Part shown: positions 28,101-33,445 of the stretch, piece after piece
Layout: each line of letters starts with the position of its first letter
Numbering within the stretch: position 1 is the first letter of the stretch
Assembly: GCA_964465805.1 (NCBI GenBank)
Contig: CAYXLG010000005.1
Location: 1-43,245, forward strand
Direction of reading: 5' to 3'
Source: an uncultured Muribaculaceae bacterium
GTDB lineage: Bacteria > Bacillota_I > Bacilli_A > RF39 > UBA660
Length of the DNA stretch: 43,245 nt
The notes under the pieces: generated by a model
Seen by the model: the letters and a program-made list of their open reading frames with translations, nothing else
The model's database searches: none
Told to the model about the DNA's origin: nothing
Made by a program: the position numbers and the translations under genes

Positions 28101-29842
28101 AATAAAGACTTATTTGTTGATTCAACTTCTAAACTTATTCTGGGTTGTAATAAAGCATAACCACGAATGACTCTGTTTTTTTCTTCATTCAAAATTGGTC
28201 TATTTAAAGGATGTGCCATTGTTCCAGCTAACTTTAAAGCACTATTTAAGACTAATCTAGTATCAACATCTAAGGTAATAACATATTTTATTTTATGAGG
28301 AAAATTATTAAAAGTATGTACTTTAAAATATTCTTCCTGTTCTTTTTCGGTTAAATTACCTAATAATAAATCGTTAAAATGTAACAAGGCCCCTCTTTTT
28401 CTTTCAAATCCAAGCCAAGTCCCTTCCCCTTCATTATATTTCCTACGACGATACACAAAATTAAAAATGTTTTTACCATATTTTTTATTTAATCTTTCAA
28501 CTACTTCTAAACCGCCTTGAACAATTTTCTCATCATTTTTATGGTGTTCTTCATTATTTTCAAAAGTATCACCAAGCAAAGTAAAATATATGTTTTTTGT
28601 TTTATTAATTAAATAATATTGTTCTAAATTTTCAAAAACTTCTTCAATTTTTTCTCTGTTTTTAATAATAGTTGGAATAACAACCATAGTTTTAAATTCT
28701 GTAGGGATTCCTTTTGAAAAATCTAATTTTGGTAACGGTTTAGTACCATAAACTTTCAATAATATTTTTTGTAATATTGGAATTATTAATTCACTTATAG
28801 GGAATAGTAAAACAATAAATCCCAAAAATCGATAAGAACTAAGATAAGTAGATAAAAAGCAACTTATAACTATAGTTAATACCAAAATAGTTGTTAAATA
28901 GAAAACAACCCTTTTCTCGTTAGATTTTTGCATTTCTGCAATACTTTCACTAATATTATTTCCTTCATCCAAAATATCATTAACAACTTCATCTAACGTT
29001 ACATTTTTTCTTTTAGCTTCTTTCAATAATTGATTACGAATTAATGCTTTAGTTTCTAATGTCATAGTTGAATAATATTTATCATTCTTAAGTATTTTTT
29101 CAACGTCATTAACCTTTTCATAAATATTTTCCATAACAAAAAGGTTACTTTTCTTTATACTGTGAAAAATATTATTAATTAAAATATTTGTTTTTGTATT
29201 TGTTAAATGCTCTTCATTAATTACATCACGCATAACTATTCTGTTTTTTAATAAAAAATTATTCAACATTTGAAAAATCAAATTAGAATCATTATCTAAT
29301 TCTTTAAGTTGTTCATTAAAATAAACAATAAAATAATTAGATGTTTTATCCAAATCAATTAAATGTTCTAATGATATCTCTTGTTGATTTAGTAAATCAA
29401 TTTTTAATTTAACAATTAATTTATCAACCGTTTTCTTGTCCTTTAATTTTGCAGCTTCTATTTCACAAATTTCTGCTATTTTTTTCAATAATAAAACTTT
29501 TATCACTAATGGTATTATTGATATTTCTTTATATTTTAAATTATATCCCGTTGTTTTTTGATAATCGATGACTTCATCAATTACTATTTTTTCGTCAATT
29601 TTATAATTGTACTTTTCTAAAATGTTTTCAAACATTTCATACATATCGATATATCTATTAGTATATTTATATTGTTTTTTATTTTTAACAAATCGACATA
29701 TATTTACACGTTGTTCTTCTAATAAATAATAATTATCCACTATCCACTCATTAATAATTCCTACAAAAAAATGATTGTTAATCATTTTAATTAATTTTTT
29801 ATAGTGCTTTTTTATCTTTCTAAAATCTTTTTTTACTACCAT
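22178..29842 (-). CDS. cgs: Cyclic beta-1,2-glucan synthase-like multidomain enzyme (N-terminal domain, TM, GT84-like glycosyltransferase, TM cluster, cyclization region, GH94 phosphorylase domain), 2554 aa
   Basis: GT-region motifs are TMVVIPTI, ITLDVDTRL (DxD), LSHDLLEG and RRSRWARGDMQI. Hydrophobic clusters lie at about aa 312-375 and 700-880. The middle region includes TSPTNIGLSLVS and WHGHLYNWYN. GH94 motifs are YGFRDQLQD, GGGDWNDGMN and RENGGQYTHSVAW. The domain order equals that of Cgs/ChvB/NdvB. Confidence 0.8.
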   Translation of the reverse strand: MVVKKDFRKIKKHYKKLIKMINNHFFVGIINEWIVDNYYLLEEQRVNICRFVKNKKQYKYTNRYIDMYEMFENILEKYNYKIDEKIVIDEVIDYQKTTGYNLKYKEISIIPLVIKVLLLKKIAEICEIEAAKLKDKKTVDKLIVKLKIDLLNQQEISLEHLIDLDKTSNYFIVYFNEQLKELDNDSNLIFQMLNNFLLKNRIVMRDVINEEHLTNTKTNILINNIFHSIKKSNLFVMENIYEKVNDVEKILKNDKYYSTMTLETKALIRNQLLKEAKRKNVTLDEVVNDILDEGNNISESIAEMQKSNEKRVVFYLTTILVLTIVISCFLSTYLSSYRFLGFIVLLFPISELIIPILQKILLKVYGTKPLPKLDFSKGIPTEFKTMVVIPTIIKNREKIEEVFENLEQYYLINKTKNIYFTLLGDTFENNEEHHKNDEKIVQGGLEVVERLNKKYGKNIFNFVYRRRKYNEGEGTWLGFERKRGALLHFNDLLLGNLTEKEQEEYFKVHTFNNFPHKIKYVITLDVDTRLVLNSALKLAGTMAHPLNRPILNEEKNRVIRGYALLQPRISLEVESTNKSLFSQVYAGVGGFDSYNSIFPDFYQDVFQEGTFYGKGIYDLDVFQQVLKNRFPNNLILSHDLLEGNYVKAGNVTDIDLIDGFPSKFLVDASRRSRWARGDMQIIGWLGRSVKNVNGNKEKNPITLLGKWKIFDNIRRGLMSFFLLLIIIISLCSKVINPFWWILFVMLIYALPFIIQMIENLKVSRANSISLKYYRVLAHGYKAFILKVATEFSTIPFNAYLYLNSFTRAIYRMTVSKKHLLNWVTADDAAKLVKTNITSTLKQFWMNYFVAFILVILAIVFEDYKLAKLFVALMFAVGPVITYFLSKDLVSEKAEISNEDVNYLKELALDTWRFFENNLTSETNYLISDNYQENRDIKLDIKTSPTNIGLSLVSVISAYELNFISIDRANKLIENIIETVQKLSKWHGHLYNWYNIKTLEVMYPHFVSSVDSGNFVASLMTTKGFLEAHDQHKLVEIVDRLIEKTDFKYLYTSSDVFSVGYHVDRGYMEPFSYNKFMSESRILSYVAIAKGDVPSKHWFSLDKTLIAYKDRKGLSSWSGTFFEYFMPIIFMPNYPNTILDESYYFAYYAQSDYMRKMYRKYPWGISESAYNELDDAQNYKYKSFGIPQLRLREEVCERMVISPYSSMLALPLYPREVLKNIKKYEPLNMFGKYGLYESYDCLDKTPVVAYYAHHQAMILSSLTNYLKNGVIQKYFFKDTRNQAIDMLIKEKVQLKPYINYKIMKYKKYSYDKEPFVNDIRVFNNISKLPELSVISNSKYSTIIDDRGNGYSKYRQIRLNRYRKVTEQDYGMFIYIKDLQTKKVWSNTYSPMNVMPKKYEVVFALDNIKFVRGDKDIITTTEIVVTKTHHAEIRKITLKNIGNKDKELELTTYTEPILAMNMDDVSHPVFNNLFVYSEYDKETNSVIMRRKLRNSKTTYYMINRLLVEDALGEFEYETNRGKFIGRGRNTNNPVALNKNLRNYVGTTLDPIISLRNRVLVPKGEEKTVYLISGFGKSREQVLNIVRTYSNKQTITEKGFKTTTIMSNVGNKLVNMSNNDCRLYNTMLNYLLQTNYIVTSDDVIENLSKNTLNQTNLWEFGISGDNPIVLLDVEDLDDLSLVKELLHAFEYYKSKSIFVDLVIINSDNEDDAKVLMREIENEKYRIYALNNFYKTPGNIYVLERNTIDEAHFTLLNTVARLKIDSSLHNSLQAYINELQKLNTVKKKINEKMVHSLPIPYDKNKIKFFNEFGGFINNGKEYIIVDQNTPAAWSNVVSNENFGTVITNNNCGFTYAHNSREYKLTSWINDTLVNDYSEGFKINDMTVKFSLVKFGFGYSEFIGNFKKVGINLTEFVALKDNVKFYKMKLKNNSARKQRIILKYWINPTLGFSEEKTGRYLLSQFDEKNNFLSIRNVYSQNFNNLYAFMSSSMNIKNAVLNNLLFKEIEVDFYLNEKEEKDIVFTLGSTSKDNLEILATKYKEISMVNDELEKVKEHWDNILSKVQVKTPDESFNYMTNGWALYQTIASRLQARAGFYQVGGAYGFRDQLQDSMNVCSINPEITRKQILINSSHQFKEGDVLHWWHPELKIGLRSRYKDDYLWLIYAISEYIKITEDLSILDEQVSFIEGDALEPHEHEKLINYIVSEEKTTLYERCQLIIHNAMNDLGENGLPLMGGGDWNDGMNHIGIKGKGTSVWLGFFLYMLIDNFMDFSEKYNKEINLTEYIKFNKKLKENIRKVAWDGKHYLRAFFDNGNPVGSKNSEECTIDLLSQSFAILTEIADSKQAKTMVEEVETKLVDRDLKIIKLLTPAFANNRDYPGYIMDYPKGIRENGGQYTHSVAWYIMALIKLGKTDLAFKYYQMINPINRALTKEDAIKYKVEPYVFVADIYSNENFGAQGGWSWYTGTSGWFYRVALIDILGFKLRGDKLYIRPNVPTTWDKYSIIYKYQDTVYEIEVLLNKTKNEIVVDNKVAKNNYIELVNDKKKHSVIVKVGAKND

Positions 29843-30020
29843 ACATATATCACCCCTACAACTATTATATTATACAATATTAGTATACCATATATTTAGT
29901 CAAAGCCAAAATATTTTAAGTCTTAAATTATCAAATTAACTAATGCTATATATAGCTTTTTATGTTTTTTTCCGAAATAATAATTTATATAAAATTAAGT
30001 ATATAATGGTATATATTTTA

Positions 30021-32162
30021 TTATATTAATCCAAATATTCTAACAAAACTAGCAAACAGAAAGCACATAATAATGCCCATTATTGTTGGGACTAAAAAAG
30101 AAATAATGGTCCATTTCCAACTTTGAGTTTCCTTTTTTATCGTTAAGCATGTTGTACCACACGGCCAGTGCATGAGGGAAAATAACAACACGCAAACAGC
30201 TGTTAACCAAGTCCAACCATTATTGACAAGTAAAACCTTAAGTTCTGCTAAACTATTAAGTTCAACCATACTACCAGTTGCCATATAACTCATAATAATA
30301 ATTGGTATAACAATTTCATTGGCAGGAAAACCAAGTATAAAAGCCATAAGTATATAACCATCTAAGCCAATAAGATTAGCAAAAGGATTCAAAAAAATTG
30401 CACAATGACTCAAAATACTAACATTTGCTATATTTATATTAGCTAAAATCCAAATAATTAAACCAGCAGGAGCTGCTACTAAAACTGCACGTCCTAAAAC
30501 AAATAATGTCCGGTCAAAAATAGATCTAACAATAACTTTCCCTATCTGAGGCTTTCTATATGGTGGCAATTCTAATATAAAATTAGAGGGTAACCCTTTT
30601 AAAATAGTTTTTGATAAAATTTTAGAAACTATTAAAGTCATCGTTACTCCTAAAACAATGACAGAAGTTAATAAAACAGCAGAAAACAACGAACGTAATG
30701 AGGAAGCATTGACTCCTGCAAAAAACATAATGATTACAGATATTAATATAGGAAATCTCCCATTACAAGGCACAAAATTATTTGTAATAATTGCAATCAA
30801 TCGTTCTCTTGGAGAATTAATTATTCGACATCCAATTACCCCAACTGCATTACATCCAAACCCCATACACATGGTTAAAGCCTGTTTACCACAAGCACTA
30901 GCCTTTTTAAAAAAATTATCAAGATTAAATGCTATTCTAGGCAAATAACCCGAATCTTCAAGAATAGTAAACAGTGGGAAAAAGATAGCCATAGGAGGTA
31001 ACATCACCGAAATTACCCACGCCAAAGTACGATATATCCCTAAAACAAGTACCCCATGAAGCCAAGCAGGAGCATTTATCAAAATAAATAATTCAGTTAA
31101 ATAATCTTCTCCCCAAAATAACATGTTAGCCAGCATTTGAGAAGGCGCATTAGCACCTATTATTGTAATATAAAAAACTACACCTAATAACATAATCATT
31201 ATTGGAATACCAAACAATTTTGATGTAAGAACTTTATCGATATTACGATCCTTTGAAAGATAATCATTAGTTTTAAAATTAACAACTTTTTTGCTTATTA
31301 TTTCAGCATCTCTAACTATCTTAGAAACTATTTTATCGCGCAGATGATTTTTACTAATTCCAATATTATATAATTCCTTTTGACTATTATTCACACTTTT
31401 TAATAATTTATCATTTGAAAACAAATTAAACTTAAGATATTTACTAAGAGACTTTAAAAAACCTTCATCATTCTCAATCAATTTAAGTGCCAACCATCTT
31501 GTATTTATTTTAACATCAATGATTTTATTTAGTTTAATCTGTATCTTTTCAATCGCCTCTTCTATTACATCATCATATTTTATATTAATTATTTCTTTAG
31601 CATTACTATTTGTTAATTTATATACTTCTTTCATTAACTTTGTTAATCCTTCACCCTTATTAGCACTTGTACCTACTACTGGAACACCTAATTCTAAAGA
31701 AAGTTTTTCAAGATTAACATCTATTTTTTTTCTTTTAGCTTCATCCATTAAATTAACACATACAACAACATTAGAAGTTATCTCAATAGTTTGTAAAACT
31801 AAATTCAAATTTCTTTCTAAACAAGTTGCGTCAACTACAATAATTACCACATCAGGATTACCAAAACATATAAAATCACGGGCTACTTCCTCATCTGCTG
31901 AATTTGACATAAGCGAGTAAGTCCCTGGTAAATCAATTAAAACAAAATTATTATCATGATAACTATAACTCCCTTGTGCAATTGTCACAGTTTTACCTGG
32001 CCAGTTACCAGTGTGTTGATTAAGTCCTGTCAATGCATTAAAAACAGTACTTTTCCCAACATTCGGATTTCCCGCTAGTGCAACTACAATATCATTATCT
32101 GCCTTTTTCTCTATCTTAAAAAAGTCCTTTGAAAAACAATTATTATTTAACACCATAATCAC
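30021..32162 (-). CDS. feoB: Ferrous iron transporter FeoB
   Basis: The N-terminal G-domain (GNPNVGKSTVFNALTG, DLPGTYS, NLMD) is followed by a polytopic membrane domain. The start overlaps the feoA stop, at either GTG 32162 or ATG 32156. Confidence 0.95.
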   Translation of the reverse strand: MIMVLNNNCFSKDFFKIEKKADNDIVVALAGNPNVGKSTVFNALTGLNQHTGNWPGKTVTIAQGSYSYHDNNFVLIDLPGTYSLMSNSADEEVARDFICFGNPDVVIIVVDATCLERNLNLVLQTIEITSNVVVCVNLMDEAKRKKIDVNLEKLSLELGVPVVGTSANKGEGLTKLMKEVYKLTNSNAKEIINIKYDDVIEEAIEKIQIKLNKIIDVKINTRWLALKLIENDEGFLKSLSKYLKFNLFSNDKLLKSVNNSQKELYNIGISKNHLRDKIVSKIVRDAEIISKKVVNFKTNDYLSKDRNIDKVLTSKLFGIPIMIMLLGVVFYITIIGANAPSQMLANMLFWGEDYLTELFILINAPAWLHGVLVLGIYRTLAWVISVMLPPMAIFFPLFTILEDSGYLPRIAFNLDNFFKKASACGKQALTMCMGFGCNAVGVIGCRIINSPRERLIAIITNNFVPCNGRFPILISVIIMFFAGVNASSLRSLFSAVLLTSVIVLGVTMTLIVSKILSKTILKGLPSNFILELPPYRKPQIGKVIVRSIFDRTLFVLGRAVLVAAPAGLIIWILANINIANVSILSHCAIFLNPFANLIGLDGYILMAFILGFPANEIVIPIIIMSYMATGSMVELNSLAELKVLLVNNGWTWLTAVCVLLFSLMHWPCGTTCLTIKKETQSWKWTIISFLVPTIMGIIMCFLFASFVRIFGLI

Positions 32163-32401
32163 ACCATTAACCTTTCCACTAATATATTATTTGCAACTTC
32201 ACTTCGAATTGCAATAACGGTACCTCTAATTAAATAGGCAATAGGATCCCCAAATGGACTTTTTTGTAAAACCAAAACCTCAGTATTTTCAATAAGTCCC
32301 AGATCTAACAGCCTTCTTCTAATTGAACCCTCAATCATAATTTTTTTAACTATTCCTTTTTCATTAATCATCAATTCAGATAGTGAAACAATATTACTCA
32401 C
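32159..32401 (-). CDS. feoA: FeoA-family protein
   Basis: This small SH3-like FeoA sequence (GIVKKIMIEGSIRRRLLDLGLIENTEVLVLQKSPFGDPIAYLIRGTVIAIR) sits upstream of feoB. The start is moved to the second GTG (32401), because the track's GTG 32410 is part of the SD AAGGAGTG. Confidence 0.85.
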   Translation of the reverse strand: MSNIVSLSELMINEKGIVKKIMIEGSIRRRLLDLGLIENTEVLVLQKSPFGDPIAYLIRGTVIAIRSEVANNILVERLMV

Positions 32402-32419
32402 AAAACTCACTCCTTAAAT

Positions 32420-32449
32420 TTAGACAAGGGAAAAGTTTCCCTATACTAA
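32420..32449. promoter_or_regulatory. 30-bp imperfect palindrome directly upstream of the feoA SD (candidate metalloregulator operator or 5'-UTR hairpin)
   Basis: TTAG-ACA-AGGGAAA-AG-TTTCCCT-ATA-CTAA has a perfect 7-bp inner arm pair (32427-33 / 32436-42) and a perfect 4-bp outer arm pair (32420-23 / 32446-49). Confidence 0.4.
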
Positions 32450-32452
32450 AAT

Positions 32453-32465
32453 ATGAATAATTCAT
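32453..32465. promoter_or_regulatory. 6-1-6 palindrome ATGAAT-A-ATTCAT in the feoA/regulator divergent promoter region
   Basis: This perfect inverted repeat is loosely Fur/PerR-box-like (TGA..AT-n-AT..TCA). It sits where the -35/-10 elements of both divergent promoters must lie. Confidence 0.3.
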
Positions 32466-32514
32466 CATTATGTTCATTATAAAACATATAATGTTTTAAG
32501 AATTAAGGTGATCA

Positions 32515-32979
32515 ATGAAAAGTAAATTTAGAACAGTAAGAGGATATGAATTACAAGAAAAGAATAAAAAGATTACTCATGCAATGGAAGATTACTTAGA
32601 AATGATTTACCGGTATAGTGAAAAAAATGATTATATTAGAATTACAGAGTTATCTAAATTATTAAATGTTAAAGAATCATCAGTATCAAAAATGGTCCAA
32701 AAATTAGATGAATTAGAACTTTTAAACCATGAAAAATACAAATCCATTACTTTAACAAACAAAGGTGAAAAATTAGGAAAGTTTCTTTTAAATAGACATA
32801 ACACCGTAGAAAATTTTTTTAACTTAATGGAAATAAAAGACAACAATTTAAAAGAGACAGAACTAATAGAACACGTTCTAAGTTCTGAAACTATTAAAAA
32901 ATTAGAAAAACTAAATAATTTTTTAGAAAGAGAAGATATCCTAGAAAAATATAATAATTTTAAAAATAATAATCATTAA
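32515..32979 (+). CDS. DtxR/MntR-family metal-dependent transcriptional regulator (no SH3 domain)
   Basis: The sequence MEDYLEMIYRYSEKNDYIRITELSKLLNVKESSVSKMVQKLDELELL...NRHNTVENFF...ELIEHVLS carries a wHTH plus MntR-like metal ligand positions (D/E near the N-terminus, H, E..EH). A 23-aa basic extension precedes the canonical MEDYLE. SD AAGGTGA lies upstream of ATG 32515. Confidence 0.85.
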   Translation: MKSKFRTVRGYELQEKNKKITHAMEDYLEMIYRYSEKNDYIRITELSKLLNVKESSVSKMVQKLDELELLNHEKYKSITLTNKGEKLGKFLLNRHNTVENFFNLMEIKDNNLKETELIEHVLSSETIKKLEKLNNFLEREDILEKYNNFKNNNH

Positions 32980-32980
32980 A

Positions 32981-33010
32981 AAACTAATCAAAGTGATTAG
33001 TTTTAATTTT
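32981..33010 (+). terminator. Rho-independent terminator of the regulator gene
   Basis: AAACTAATCA (32981-90) pairs with TGATTAGTTT (32994-33003) in a 10-bp stem with a 3-nt loop, followed by a T-rich tail. Confidence 0.7.
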
Positions 33011-33115
33011 TATTTTAACTTTAAAACCTTATTAACATAATTAAGTAACAATAAGGCTTTTATTATTTAACAAAAAGTTTCCAAGCATATTATATCATAG
33101 GAGGTGTAAGTTTTA

Positions 33116-33322
33116 ATGAAAGAATTAGAAAAAGACTTTGAAATAGAAACAAAGAAACCAGATAAAGGGCCAAAAAAAGATGATTACTGCGTTACATTAA
33201 ATGTATATACAAAATGTGGAAAAGATAAACCCTGGGAAAAAGACAGTTATTGTCATAAGGATAAAAAGCATAAAGATTGTGATAGTTGTGTAGAAATAAA
33301 TGTTTATACAGATTGCGATTAA
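33116..33322 (+). CDS. 68-aa Cys/Lys-rich small protein with a tandem C-V-x-[LI]-N-V-Y-T-x-C motif; function unknown
   Basis: A strong SD AGGAGGTG lies 9 nt upstream of the ATG. The product is MKELEKDFEIETKKPDKGPKKDDYCVTLNVYTKCGKDKPWEKDSYCHKDKKHKDCDSCVEINVYTDCD, with 6 Cys. Its own terminator follows. Confidence 0.65.
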   Translation: MKELEKDFEIETKKPDKGPKKDDYCVTLNVYTKCGKDKPWEKDSYCHKDKKHKDCDSCVEINVYTDCD

Positions 33323-33350
33323 TTATAGAAACAGTTTCATCACAATTACT

Positions 33351-33377
33351 AGAGAATTCTTTTAGAATTCTCTTTTA
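33351..33377 (+). terminator. Rho-independent terminator of the small Cys-rich gene
   Basis: AGAGAATTC (33351-59) pairs with GAATTCTCT (33365-73), followed by a T-run. Confidence 0.65.
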
Positions 33378-33411
33378 ATATATTATATACAACTAACAAG
33401 ACTTTGAATCA

Positions 33412-33440
33412 ATAAAAAAGGACTATAAAATAGTCCTTTT
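33412..33440 (-). terminator. Terminator of the arginine operon (bidirectional hairpin)
   Basis: AAGGACTAT (33418-26) pairs with ATAGTCCTT (33430-38). The A-run upstream on the + strand gives a U-tract on the minus RNA. It lies 8 nt below the carrier gene stop codon. Confidence 0.65.
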
Positions 33441-33445
33441 CTTGA

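Noticed and set aside
22178-29842. Alternative readings of the 2554-aa ORF as an adhesin, NRPS/PKS, toxin, or an assembly-fused artefact of several genes.
   Set aside because: There are no repeats, signal peptide or cell-wall anchor, and no condensation, adenylation or KS motifs. The GT-like, TM and GH94 motifs occur in exactly the order of known Cgs enzymes in one continuous frame.
29843-30020. 178-bp AT-rich spacer between feoB and the giant gene, inspected for a riboswitch, an operator or a feoB terminator.
   Set aside because: I found only weak features: the GCTATATATAGC mini-palindrome, a 7-bp distant inverted repeat (TATACCA/TGGTATA), and several possible -10 boxes. Nothing is supportable by eye.
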